A DNA stretch of 64,000 bases from Octopus sinensis (GCF_006345805.1 NW_021833870.1:1-64000), one strand, 5' to 3'; positions 38,240 through 52,462 are shown, counted from the first letter of the stretch. Numbers and translations are program-made. The notes: a model not told the origin generated them from the letters alone.

Positions 38240-39089
38240 TTTGCAACAGCAATTGAAAGCAGACATTTCTTTCATATTTACCTAAGTGTACATTTTCTGG
38301 CATCGCATAGAATTATACATATTTGACGCGCTTGTAATGCAAGACGAAACTAGTCGATGCTGGTAGCTATTCCTTTTGATTCCAAACTAATTTAAGTACA
38401 GAGAAAGTGGTCGATCAGTTGAAGTAAATATGTCTGATGCGCTTGTAATGAAAGACAGAACTATTCGATGCTGGTAGCTATTTCTTTTGATTCAAATTAA
38501 TAACATACGTGCTAGCGGTTGTTTTCATATAGATGTTGGTGATATTGTTGGAAAAGAGTGCGGATACCATCAGTAAGATGTCAAGATCGGCTTCACATGA
38601 ACTAAATGTTTCCCTCTCTACAGAACAAAGATCTGGAATCCAACCCGATATAATAAAAGAGGTTAATTTCTTTTTAAATCTTCCATCGAGAGAAAATACT
38701 CAAATATCTAACAAAATTTAAGAATCCGAAACACATCCGTGTTTCATCAGACAAAACTAAAAATATGTACGAAACTGATATCCTTACATGCCATAAACAC
38801 CTTTCCAAAAATATCTCTAAGACATAGAAGAAAGCCAACTCTAGTACTTCCCATAGCATTAATTTAGAAGCTATCTACCTAAAAATAAACGAAAGAGTAG
38901 AAGCTTTTGCGTGAGGTGAACCATACATTGCTTTTAAAGAGAAATATATATCCTGATCCGCCAAAATGTAAATTAATGAATGCGCGAGATAAAGGGAGAT
39001 AAGTAGGGCCAAGGAAAATATTTTAGATTGCAATATTTTTAGTATTTGACCGGTCGCTTATTTTCTACTATGGAATAACTTATACCATT

Positions 39090-39335
39090 GTTATTATGTT
39101 AAACTGTCGTATGTCCAAATTTGGCCAAATGCATGTTTTCAATATTTATTTTTGCTTGCAATAGCCGGTTCTTTTGGTCAAACTATCGTATCTCCAGCTG
39201 CTTCAGATGCCAAGATATCAAAAATTGTCAAAGTGTAATACAACAGTTTTGCTATGGAATAGTAAAATTATTTTTTCGTTTTCTGAAAAAGCAACGTTTT
39301 GGATTTACGACACTTTTGCATAATAGCAATGATGA
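39090..39335. mobile_element. Dispersed non-coding repeat; second copy inverted at 61395-61640
   Basis: ATGTCCAAATTTGGCC...CTTCAGATGCCAAGATATCAAAAA is the reverse complement of sequence at ~61505-61620. Confidence 0.75.
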
Positions 39336-39584
39336 TTAATACCTTTGTAAATTGGATGTCGATATAGTAAGGTTATACCTGTCCATAATTAAACCCCCTG
39401 TTAAAAATATCTTTAGAATTCGTTTTATTCGAGATAGTGTTTCGGATATTTATACTATTAGGCATGCTAGGAATCCTTTACTATTTTACAATAATTTTGC
39501 TTGAGTTAAACATGATGTCGTGATTAGATGGCACGTCTGGACTGAGGTGTGCAAATTGATATGACTTACATCTTAAATTTCCTT

Positions 39585-39832
39585 CAGAAGAGATTCCTCT
39601 CTGCAGACTTCGGCCTCTACCTTGATGAAGGATTATTCGTTTTGTGCAGCAGAAATTCCTCTTTGCAGAATTCAGCTTCTACCTCGATGAAGGACTATTC
39701 GTTTTGCGCAGAAGAGATTCCTCTCTGCAGAATTCGGCCTCTACTTCAGTGAAGGACTATTCGTTTTGCGCAGAAGAGATTCCTCTCTCTAGAATTCGGC
39801 CTCTACCTCGACGAAGAACTATTCGCTTTGCG
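39585..39832 (+). repeat. 62-bp tandem repeat x4 spanning the RT active-site codons
   Basis: Units start at 39585, 39647, 39709 and 39771. Confidence 0.95.
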
Positions 39833-41462
39833 AGGCATAACTGACAACCGAATGGGCGCTTTGGAGAATAGGTCCACCAACATATTCAAAGTTAGATTTG
39901 AAGATCACAATAGATAAAAATCTGAATACAATTAATATCTTTGATAAAACTCTACATTTAGATACTGGTAAATATTTATAGTAAACCTAATGGAAAATTG
40001 TAGTACATTGATATAAATTCCAACTATCTCACAGTAAAACTTGGAAACTTTGTTAATAATCTTAATAAATCAAAATCCAGCTGAACCTTCGATGAGGAAT
40101 CCTTTAACCGTCCAGCTCATTGAGTTGCTCCATAGAAAGAACATATTATATACAGAACAGTACTAAATACTCATAAGTTCTTAAAGGTACAGCGCTCAAT
40201 ATAATTTGAATGCTCGTTCCAATGTTTCCAGGATTTTATGAACCTTGTAAAGATGTATTTCTTCGGCGACCAGCTTTAATGTGACCTTTAGTTGCATCAA
40301 AATCTTCAATGCATTCGTAATCAGTATAAATAGAATAAAACTTTGCACTACGAACACGCAAAATTCTTCTCTCCTCTGTGGTTGCAACGACAATGATATA
40401 TGCCTTCTTAATGGCGTGTATCCTCACTAAAGCATTTATTTGCTGAGACGAAGTCTCTCTTGTAAATGACGGTGAAATAATTAACTATATTGGGCTTATT
40501 GATTTTCGCCCAACGGATAAATACATTCAGACAATAGGAGTGATGCTATATCACATCATTATCTAAATACACCCAGAGTTTAAAAGATGTAATGTTAAGA
40601 AGTTGAATATCAACTGATCGATTACAGAGTACGTTTTCCCCCTACATCTCCATATTAATTGTTTGGAAACGGAAGTCTTTTCTTCCAGAGAGTTATGACA
40701 CTCTATTGCAGTCTTTTGCAAATTTGAATCAGTGATTGAAGTTGGTCAATTCTTGCAGACATTTCAATCGATATTTATCGCAGAATTTTCAATTAGCAAC
40801 TGGTAAAAATAATTTATTTCCCACATAATAGAACTGTCATAACTTTAGTTATTCATTCCGCACTCGATAGTATCCACTTTCCTTAGTTTCATGTGTTTGT
40901 ACACATATGATACCAAAGGTGTGATATACCCATATGAGTACTGAATATATATTACGTAATATGTGTCCAAAGATTGAATGTATGACGCATTTTATAACGT
41001 CTTTTTTCACAGCCAATCATATTTCGAATATTTTTGCTTATATATTGTCATGTTGCTCCAACATTCAGCTATTCCTCAAATTCTAAAACTTCATAAATCA
41101 ATTTTTTTTTTGGTTCTCTGTGTTTTATTCATATGATACTGAAACCGTGAATGTGCAATACATTTATGTGAAAATTGAATACATTGTGTCCACTACGCAT
41201 CAAAAATTAAGATGTGAATGTTTGACACGCTTTCCAGCTGCTTTACAGCATCCAGTCAAATTTCGAAGACATATCTCGGGTGCTACAAATATTGTTGTTT
41301 ATATATTGTCACACTCACTACCATCTTCAGTCGTTCAAATAAACAACAGGACACTCGGAGTAACAATTCAATGAACTTCAATTTCTCATAAAATATATTC
41401 AGCTCTAATTTTCGTTGGTTGCAAATACAACAAATAGAAGCGTAAACAATTCTGAACATATA

Positions 41463-41537
<75 letters not shown>

Positions 41538-41929
41538 TGTATATATATATATTTATATATATAAAACAGTACTGGGAGGATAAGAAACGGAACGAAGCGA
41601 CGAATCGAATCGAACCCGACGCGAAGGCGCTGTCAGACAATAGTGTAATAAATAAAATATATGCATACATACAAACATATATGTACATACCTACATCTAC
41701 ATGTATATATACATGCATATATAAATATATATACGTAAGTACAGGACACGACAACAAGACGTAGAACTCAACGAGAAACGAAAACGGAAAAGCTATTTTT
41801 TTACAACAGAAAAACAGACGTGGAACTCAACGAGAAACGAAAACGGGAAAACCATTTTTTTACAACATATATATATATGAAGACGGAGAGAGATACATAC
41901 AAGCATACGGGGTGAGAGAAGGAGAGGAA

Positions 41930-41974
<45 letters not shown>

Positions 41975-41994
41975 ATATATAACATCCTAATTAA

Positions 41995-42180
41995 GGATTT
42001 CAAATTTTGACACAAGGTCAGCCAATTCGGGGGTACGCGCGGATAAGTCGATTACATCGGCCCCGAAAAGATGAAAGACAAAGATGACCCAGGCGGAATT
42101 TGAACTCGGGACGTAAAAACAGACGAAATGCTGCTAAGCATTTTTCCCAGCGTGCTATCGGTTCTGCCAGCTCACCGCCA
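41995..42180 (-). mobile_element. SINE family B copy
   Basis: GGAATTTGAACTCGGG...TTCTGCCAGCTCACCGCC reverse head. Confidence 0.8.
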
Positions 42181-42334
42181 TAGTAGTCCTATATATTAAT
42201 ATGTATGTGTATATCAAAATCACAAGTATGTGTGTGTATATATGTACGTGTGCATGTGTGTGTCAGTGTGCGTATGTATATGTGTAGTGTGTGTGTGTGC
42301 GCGATGTGTTTATCTACCTTTCGTACATATATTC

Positions 42335-42560
42335 TCTTTATTCTTTGACTTGTTTCATCCATCTGACTGCGGCCAGGTGGAGCACCGGCATTAGTCGAGC
42401 AAATCGACCCCAGAACATTATTTGTAAACATAGTACTTATTCTATCGGTCTCTTTTGCAGAAAGTCATAAACACGCCAACATCGGTTGTCAAGCGATGGT
42501 GGGAGGGACAAACACAGACACAAACACATAAATCTATACATATATATATATATGTGTATG

Positions 42561-42593
<33 letters not shown>

Positions 42594-42761
42594 GTATATA
42601 CATATATACGGCGGTCCTCTTTCAGTTTCCGTCTACCATATCCACTTACGAGGCTTTGGTCGGCCCGAGGCTGTAGTAGAAGACACTTGCCCAAGGTACC
42701 ACGCAGTGGGACTGAACCCGGAACCATATTTTGGGAAGCAATCTTCTTACCACACAGCCAC
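42335..42761 (-). mobile_element. SINE family A copy
   Basis: Reverse-complement homologue of 396-840. Confidence 0.85.
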
Positions 42762-43247
42762 GTCTCAAAATTTACAATTGTATGTGTGTGTACGTGTGCG
42801 TGTGCGCGCGCGCTGCTTTTGTCTACCTTTCGTAAATATATGTGCGTCTGTAAAATAAACTGTCTTCTTGTTTGCTACATACGAAACAGGCGCTCTTAAA
42901 AGACGGCCAAACCACAAAATTCGTGACAAAACCCCATTAATGTTGTCATTTGCTCTTCGTTGTCGATGACATCTCTTCTCTAACACGACAACAATGAAAT
43001 ATGTTTATTAGACATACCAATATACATCGATAGGCTCGAGTATAAATGATTATGGATAAACGCCATTTCAGTAAACATCTAACTGGAGTAGAAGCAAGAC
43101 ACATTAGTTGTATGAAAAATGTGATATGATTCAGACAATCTCTTTTGTAATGGTTTTTGTTCGTTAATTTCATCACGAACAAGAAAAACTGAAGTTCTAT
43201 ACACACGCACGCGCACACACACGCGCACACGCACACACACACGCACA

Positions 43248-43291
<44 letters not shown>

Positions 43292-43351
43292 CATACATAT
43301 ATATATATACATATGTATGCACGTATGTATATATATATATATGTATGTATT

Positions 43352-43400
<49 letters not shown>

Positions 43401-43433
43401 TAATATATAATAATGATAAATCTCTGAGCGGGG

Positions 43434-43464
<31 letters not shown>

Positions 43465-43469
43465 GTGTG

Positions 43470-43511
<42 letters not shown>

Positions 43512-43738
43512 AAAAGAAGCGTAGATTCAGCAATAAGTTAGAAAGCAGTAGAAATATTGGTCTTAAGTAATTTTGATGATGTCATTAGGCGAGGAAAAAG
43601 TGAAGAGTAAAAGTAAAGAAAACCACAGGCACCAATGATAAGAGTAACATGATAGGTGGTTTACTTGTTAATTAAACGAATGATGTATAGGTATATACAC
43701 GTATGTGTGTGTGTGCCTGTGTGCTTGTTGTATGTATG

Positions 43739-43777
<39 letters not shown>

Positions 43778-43942
43778 GTACGTACATACATACATACATA
43801 AATGTACACACACACATTTATATCTACATGTGTGTGTGTATGCATGAGCATGTAGACATATTCATACATAACTACATCTTTCGATCCCCATCGCCATATA
43901 TTATGTGTTCAAATATTAATGTATATATATGCATATATATAT

Positions 43943-43988
<46 letters not shown>

Positions 43989-44168
43989 AAGATTTTCTTA
44001 AACTGAAGTCCTTCGTTATATAAGAGAAATCTTTAAATCACGTTAACACAGACAGACCTGGTGGATTTTGCACGAGCGCTTTTTCTGTTATTTACAGGCT
44101 TTCAAACGCAGATGACACATATATGGAAGCAGGCAAATACACATGCACACACACGCACGCACACACAC

Positions 44169-44218
<50 letters not shown>

Positions 44219-44348
44219 TGACGTAAATATTAATGATTTGTTGATACATATAGTATATTATGCTTGTATAACGAAATACCACGTACCTACAAATTATCAA
44301 TGTTTACGTACCGTCTTCAGGAATTCGTTTAATATGTAAGCTGGTAAT

Positions 44349-44522
44349 ACAGTTCTATATTTAAGAGATGAGGAATTATGTACATTATTTAAATTATTTA
44401 CATTTGCGGATATTTGTCTTCAGCTGTTTGTTGTTAACACAACGTTTCGGCTGATATACCCTCCAGCCTTCATCAGGTGTCTTGAGGAAATTTCCGAACC
44501 TGTGTCCTAAGGAATTTTTCGA

Positions 44523-44565
<43 letters not shown>

Positions 44566-44713
44566 TATTATTATTATTATTCAGGTTACGGGCATATGGC
44601 GTAGTATTTAAGAGCGCGAGCTACAAAAACCAAGATTCCGAGTGCGATTCCAGGCTGTCACCTGAATAATAACAACAACAATAACAACAACAACAACAAC
44701 AACAACACAAATA

Positions 44714-44775
<62 letters not shown>

Positions 44776-44937
44776 CAACAACAACAACAAAAACATTGAA
44801 AAATACCTTAGGAATGAGAACCCAGGTTCGAAATTTCCCCAAGATACCTGATGAAGTTATATCAACCGAAACATTCTGTTAACAACAAAGAAGAGGAAGA
44901 CGAATATCTGTCAAATGTAAATAATGTAAATAATGTA
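44349..44937. mobile_element. tRNA-headed hammerhead SINE-like element (copy 3), head-to-head inverted pair
   Basis: Minus arm 44349-44587 with full 3' tail and intact hammerhead; plus arm 44588-44937 with tRNA head, (AAT)n and 3' region lacking the tail. Confidence 0.82.
44436..44481 (-). ncRNA. Minimal type I hammerhead ribozyme
   Basis: Reverse complement GACAC-CTGATGA-A-GGCTG(GAGGGTATAT)CAGCC-GAAA-CGTT-GTGTT. Confidence 0.75.
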
Positions 44938-45519
44938 TGCAAATTGATATATCCAATAACTTAACACTGCTGTACACGGGGGCTACATAAGCAATGTATT
45001 CGGAAGCGAGAATGGGTTAAATGGATGCTGATGAAGGGGCAACAACCCCCGAAATATGGCATATACACTCAATACCCATTTTTGCCTTCGGTCTCATTGT
45101 TTGTTTACATCTGCCGTCTTGATACAAAACGTAACAAAAAATCAGTGCTGGCTATAATGTCTACAGTATAACTGTAGAAAGAACCTTCACAAAATAACGT
45201 AAAGAGCACTGCTAATGCAGTGGGACGTAGAGTTGAATTATAAAAACATTTAATATACGTTATAGGATATTTATGGTTGCATAACGAATATCACGTACCT
45301 ACAAATTATTAATATATATATATATATATATATATAGATATATAATATATATGATTCGCTCCGTTGGGCTGCTAAAATCTACAAGTTTTTCTCATTTTTA
45401 CTTTCTGAAAGAGCGTATTCGAAACGTGAAAAGACTTTTTCATTTTTCCCGAGCGTCAAACTAATACACTCGCTTGTTGTTCGTACACCTGTTTTCGTTT
45501 TTGTTTTCTATAATTTCAA

Positions 45520-45552
<33 letters not shown>

Positions 45553-45578
45553 TTCTTCCTCTCTCTTTCTCTCTCTTC

Positions 45579-45629
<51 letters not shown>

Positions 45630-45679
45630 CACACATACACTTACACACACAAAAGCTCAAGCGCACACGCATGTTAGTG

Positions 45680-46345
45680 TATGTGCGTATGGCAAGTGTT
45701 GAAGCCCATGAGCAGTGCCAGTGTACTGTGGTGCCAGAGTCTCTTGTTCTTCAGCATTGATTGCAACAGAGCGGTCATATGGTATTGGATAAAAGACCAT
45801 CAAATTTTCATGAAAATTCTGTACTGTGATTAAAAGACCAACGCACAAACTGAAATCAAAGTTTAAGGACTTGAACAAGAATACACTGGAGAAGATCAAG
45901 TGGTTGGAAAATGGATGGAGAAACATCGCTCTCAATGTTTCATTTTGGAAGAAAGCAGTGCAAGATGGGCGGAGGGAATTCGAACAAAATCCTATCAGGC
46001 TTGAACTGGTCAAGAGCGATGTATTTAAGGGTCTTAATATGAATTAGGCTATGTTGGTACATAGGGCAATTTAATATGTAAAGAGGGGAGGCATGTCTAA
46101 GTCGGGTCGGCCTTTGACATCATCAGGGAGTCACACACACACAGAAGTTATGAACTTTGAATTATGCAATATCTCTACATGCGGTGAGTGTGGAAACGAA
46201 TGTGCATTATGAAGAGGACTGGAACATCATATGAAGCTTCACCAAAACAGTATTGCTACACCTGCTTAACGGGTCACCCATCGTTGCCGCATCTGTTGAA
46301 AAGAGTGTAAGACCCTAGTTGGACTGAAATGCCACTTCAGTTCTG
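45680..46345 (+). pseudogene. RTE-type LINE C-terminal fragment with C2H2-like zinc-finger remnants
   Basis: KRP...KFKDLNKNTL...WRNIALNVSFWKKAVQDG..EFE resembles the RTE/BovB C-terminus; followed by degenerate CxxC...GL..H units. Confidence 0.6.
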
Positions 46346-46588
46346 CTCTTGTTTAAGAGCATAATCAAACAGCATTACTCAAAATCGAGTTCCAATTGTT
46401 ATCGATCATGTATGTATAAAAGGAATGCTTTTATAAATATGAAAAAAATTAAATAGAAACTGAGGAAAGGACTCACTATAAGTTTTAAATAATTTGATGA
46501 CAGTAACCTCGAAACTGTGCCTACGGCTGGCGTCATCTGATAAGAACTACTAAGCGAATCTTAGAAGCCATTGTCGATAATATTACAT

Positions 46589-46624
<36 letters not shown>

Positions 46625-46998
46625 ATGTGTGTGCGAGTATTGTGTGCATGTAAGTATATGTGTGTATACATACATATAAACACATAAAACATGTACACAC
46701 GCAGACACACTCACACGTACGCATACACGCACACGCACATATATGCATGTATATACGTATACGGGCATATATTGTATACACATATATACTTATCATATAT
46801 CTATATGTGAATGTGTCTATGTGCTTGTGTATGCAAATGTGTGTGCATGTGTGCATACACATGCATATGTGTGTATACGTGCATGTGTGTGTAAGTAAGA
46901 AATAGACAGAGCGGGAAGAGAGAGTGTGGGAGAGGGAGTGAGTGAGAGAGAGGGAAGGAGGAAGAGAGAGAAAAGAGAGAGGGAGAGAGAAAACAGAG

Positions 46999-47029
<31 letters not shown>

Positions 47030-47874
47030 GAGTGAGAGAGAGAGAGAGAGAGAAAAGAGAGAGAGAGAAAAGAGAGAGAGAGATAATGATGTTGCTACCA
47101 ACTTTGGCTTTCACGGTATTAATGAAATACGACGAGCGTTTAAAATAGAAAATTTGTGAAATCCTTCCTATTTAAGCGCACTGAACGCAGAGCAAGATTT
47201 ATTTGGATTTTTATTAAAAACGTTATTTTATTAAAAACGTTCTGTAGACGGCTTCATACAGCACGGCGCCAGTCAAGGATCATTCCTTCGTCCAGTCTTA
47301 TTTATAATTTATATATATGTATACGGGTGGGTGGGTTTTCCGCACTGTCTTGCACCAAATTATGTGTATCTAGTCGTTTCAATGATGATATTAATCCTTT
47401 AGAGCCAAAGGTAATTAAATAAATATAAATCATCAATTTGACTAATTTGAGGTGTGGATTACTTCTCACAGGATATCAGAAAAAAAACACCAGAAATAAA
47501 CTGAATTACTTTAATTCATGATGACTGCCACCGAAATACGGATGTATGAGATGCATAACAAACACCATTTGCAAGCGCGTTGACGTCGGTACCCCACTTA
47601 TAAGACTCGCTCATTGGATTGGTGCTTCCAAAGTTCATATATAGGAATTTGAAGCAATAGGCTGGAAACTATACGGGGAATCATCTCAGAAAATGGAACT
47701 CAAAATAATCGACACTGTGTGTCATCTCGATCTTCTCCACAACAGCGTATCTTTAATTGGCTTTCACTTTTCAGTCAAAATGTTTGGAAAAGTGCTGGTC
47801 ATATATCTTTTATCATTTACTTGTTTCAGTCGCTGAGCTGCAGTCATTGTGGGGCACTGCCTTGAAGGATAGAC

Positions 47875-48307
47875 CAGTGGTTCTCAACCGGGTTCCATAT
47901 GACCCCTGAAGGTCCACATCAAATTTTGGAGGGGTCCGCACAACAAAATAGTAAATTGGGGATCCACAATAGTATTTTAAGGGCTCCTGAAAAATTTTGC
48001 TTTAGACATAGATATGGATGCGTATTGCAAGAAACAGCTAGGTTTCTTTCTCTAAAATTTTATATATATTTCTTTATTGCCCACAGGGGGCTAAACATAG
48101 AGGGGACAAACAAGGACAGACAAAGGGATTAAGTCGATTACATAGGTCAACCTACACAAGTTAATGTGTGAAAACATTAATGAATATATTAATAAATAGC
48201 ATTAAAAAAAACTAGTTTATAAACATCGAATGGCTACGGGGGGGGCACCAGAATAAAATAGCAATCAAAGGGGGTCCATAGATTTCAAAAATGGTTGAGA
48301 ACCCCTG
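47875..48307. mobile_element. hAT-type MITE inserted in a degenerate SINE A
   Basis: TIRs CAGTGGTTCTCAACC / GGTTGAGAACCCCTG; imperfect 8-bp flanks ending TAGAC. Confidence 0.8.
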
Positions 48308-48894
48308 ACTTAGACCAAGGAATCTACCACACTACTTAAAGTCTTCAAGTCTTGCACTCATCCTATCCGTTTTTATTTAAAAATGAATAGCTAAGTTACG
48401 GGGATCTGAAGAAACCAACATCACTTGTCAAGCGGTGTAGTGAGACAAATAGAAGCACGAAAATATTTAACCACATAGTTACAAAGACATACATTCATCC
48501 ACACACATATTCATGTATATATGGGATCAGTTTCCGTACAGTTTCTGTCAACCAGATCATTCAAAAGGCTTTGATCAACCCGGGCTATAGTAGACGACAC
48601 CTACCCAAAATCTCGAACAGTAAGACTAAATCCGAATCAACGTGGTGGCCAAACGAGCTTCTACCTCTTCCAGTATGTACATAATAAAGTGATAGGAATA
48701 ATGGGAAAAAAATTCAGGGATTCTACATTGCTTCTTTACTATTTTATTCTTTTACTCTTTTACTTGTTTCAGTCATAATTCTTCATCTCTTAAATAGAGA
48801 ATGATTTATTTTAATTGCATACTTTTCTGTTAGTAAATATGCTTCTCCTTACATACACACACACACAAAATCTCTCTCCCTCAATTTCTCTCTT

Positions 48895-49002
<108 letters not shown>

Positions 49003-49872
49003 TCACACAATTTTTTTGTTGCTTAAATCCGGGCAATGGACCAGCCTTCTGCTAAGCATTCCATAATCATCATCATTCCACAAAATGTATGAGGAGAAAA
49101 ATATTGAAAAACATCAATATATGTGAGAGTGATAGAGAAACAAGGAAGGTGGTTATAGGATGTGCTGGAAACAACAGCCAAATCTTCCTTAGCTCGCACA
49201 CATTTTCGTCTGAAAATATTTTCAAATCCTTTTTTTTCCTTTTTACCGGAGGGTGGTGGTGAAGGGGTTGAGGTGAAAAAAAAAGCATAAATTTTCAAAA
49301 ATTTGTTTTCATAAAAAAAATCCCCACTACTACCCCACGCCATGCTCCCATCATTTCGAAGGCCGTGGTGAAAAACAATTTGAAAAGTTCCCCTGAAAAC
49401 GGTAAAAATCCAACTTATGTGGGCGTCGTGATCCGAAACTCTGCCAAAAAATAATAAAAAAAAAGACCCAACCCCAGTCAGGTCCTGAGGTCCTGAAGTT
49501 GAATTTCTTCGTTTGTCCCTCTCACTTTCTCTCTTACTCTTTCACTTTTGATTTTAGCTGACACGATGGTCACTTGTAAAAAGACATGCAGATGAGGACA
49601 CCGAAAACTATTTATATATTTTAACAGCAAAATTTCATGACAACACTCTACAACAATATTACTGCAACACCATCCTAAATAAGCTCTGTCTGTTTCATTC
49701 GGCCTCGGCATGTATATGTACGATATACAAAATCTAGATGTTTAACCCAAATGTCACGACAACTCAGGAATGAGTATAATAAAACTATTTGGGATCGTTA
49801 ACTTCTAAAGGGAATACTAAAATTGGTTTTCTTTGTTTATCAGAACATTTTATTTGTGTAAACAAAATATGC

Positions 49873-49941
<69 letters not shown>

Positions 49942-50898
49942 ATATATATATGCAAGAAAATTTATCTATAAAATCTAAAAGACTAGTATGGAATAAAAAC
50001 TGAACAAAAACCTAGCAACAATCAGACGGTCTACTCTTGTCATGTTCTTGTTCAATATTCCTTCCATACTTCCATTCGACACAAAGAGCGACGACATTTA
50101 ATGGCTACCATATATTCTATCAAAGCTTGTTACATGTTCAGTACAATGAACTGTTGATTTTCAAATGATGATATAATATATTCAGGATTTTGCCTTGCGA
50201 GACATGGCGTCCTGTGTCTTATGTTCAGCTGTGTATTAAAAGTCTATAAACAGTAGGATGTGTTTTGTGATGGTCCTGTGGATGCGCCTGGCTTAATGGT
50301 TAGGAATGATGCAAGATCACGGTTTCGATTCCGGAACTAGGCTGTGCTTCATTTTATGTTGCTCCAGATCATTTAGCTGTAAATGCACAACCTTGCATTC
50401 AGGGCGAGTGCTTGGATTCCGGTTACTTATTCGCCAAAGAAACAGGATAAGCGGTCCAATGAGCCTTAGAACTCAAGGCGACTTCACTTACAGCACCCAA
50501 TTTTGCTGATCTTGAGCATAAATGACATACAAGCCACACGTCCATTGTTTCAGCATTTCTTGCCGAAAAGATTGTGGCTATAATTCAACAGTTGTCACAT
50601 AATACGAGAAAATCCTCTGGTAAAAACGGGAGCAAAATTTTATGAATAATATATTTATGCAGCTATGAAGTAATAATATAGCTATATAGTGTTGTATATA
50701 TAGTTATTAATTAATATATAAATAATAAATAAATTTATTAATCTAATTTACATCGACTATTTTTTATCGATTATAATAAGTAAAGATTACAAAAGAAAAT
50801 TTTCAGAAATTGCATAAAAAGTCGGATTAAGCCCATTGGCAGCTTTGCTGATTTGGGCAGGTTGGTAGGAGGTAAAAAATAAAAAATAAATTAGTTAA

Positions 50899-51098
50899 TA
50901 CTCTTTTACTTGTTTCAGTCATTTGACTGAGGCCATGCTAGAGCACCGCCTTTAGTCGAGCAAATCGGCCCCAGGACTTATTCTTTGTAAGCCTAGTACT
51001 TATTCTATCGATTTCTTTTGCCGAACCGCTAAGTTACGGGGACGTAAACACACCAGCATCGATGGTCAAGCGATGTTGGGGCGACAAACACAGGCACA

Positions 51099-51175
<77 letters not shown>

Positions 51176-51319
51176 TTATACATATATACGACGGGCTTCT
51201 TTTCAGATTCCGTCTACAAAATCCACTCACAAGGCTTTGGTCGGCCCAAGACTATAATAGAAGACACTTGACCAAGGTGCCATACAGTGGGACAGAACCC
51301 GGAACCATGTGGTTGGTGG
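50899..51319 (-). mobile_element. SINE family A copy
   Basis: Reverse-complement homologue of 396-840. Confidence 0.85.
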
Positions 51320-52462
51320 TCAAGGCTGGAATGCCTTTGATTAATAGGTCTTTTCTAGCAGTACTTACCTGTACCAAACAAAAGCAAAACAAAAACGATC
51401 GAACTAACGCGGACACAGCAGAACCACCTCAACAAGAATAACAACGCCAACGCCTTTCCCCACCACCACCACCACTACCATCACCACAACCATTCGCTCC
51501 ACTCTCCCATCCACCATCACCACCACCACCACGACCACACCGCACTCCCATCGCCACTACACTCCTACGACTGTCACTGTAAGGAAATTGTAATGATATT
51601 TGGTTAGTCAACTTTTCAATGGAGTGCATTTGAAGGACTTGTTAACTTTAATAAACAATGAACAATATATTGTGTGTTCTGGTGCAGAAGAACTATAAAA
51701 AGAAGGAATGATGGGGAGAGGGAGAGGGAGAGGGAGAGAGGGAGGAGGTACCGATATAAAGGAGGGGGAGGCATTCAGAGGGACAAAGAGTAGGAGAGGG
51801 AGGGGATGTGGAAGAGATAATGGAGGGGAATGAAAATGTTTGCGATAGAAAGTCAAAATAAAAAAATAACTATTTCAATACCTATGTGTGTGTATGTGTG
51901 TGTGTGTGTACATATGTGTGCGTGTGTGCGTGTGCCTGTGCGTGTGTGTGCATGTGTGTGTGTGTTTCGTGTGTGTGCGTGTGTGTGTGCATATGTGTGT
52001 GTGTTTGTGTGTGTGAGTGCATGTGTGCGCATGTGTGCGCATGTGTGCGCATGTGTGCGTGTGCGTGTGTGTGTGTGCGTGTGTGTATGCATGTGTATAT
52101 ACATATATTTGTACGTATGTATATACATATGTTAGTGTATATGCATGTGAGCGTGTATGCAGTGCGTGTATGTGCGTGTGTCTGTGTATGAGGACTTGTA
52201 GCTGAATTGGGAATTTGTTGCATTCAAGACCGGAAGGTCGTGGTTTCGATTCCTAAACCAACCGGCGAGTTGTGTCCTTGGGCAACGCACACCTTTCCTG
52301 TTTGCTCCAGTCTGTCCAAGAGAACTAGCCAAAAAAGAGTACCACCATGGTCTTGATGCTGATCTCTTTCCTCCCACTTCTCACATCCTCAAAGCTCCAC
52401 TGGGTTGGAAAGAAAGGAGCCAAGAGATTGTATTTGCTAGGAGTGTTTACAAACCACTATAT

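Larger units (their letters stand above)
38640..40180 (+). pseudogene. Decayed PLE reverse transcriptase (GLYRDDGL-type, possibly Naiad clade), interrupted by an insertion at ~39000-39335
   Basis: SDKTKNMY...KNISKT, EVCKLI, YILNFL...FGLYLDEGLFVL, INIFDKTLHLDTGKY...KPNGKL. Confidence 0.7.

Noticed and set aside
39585-39832. CRISPR-like repeat-spacer array
   Set aside because: Contiguous 62-bp tandem units derived from RT coding sequence, no spacers.
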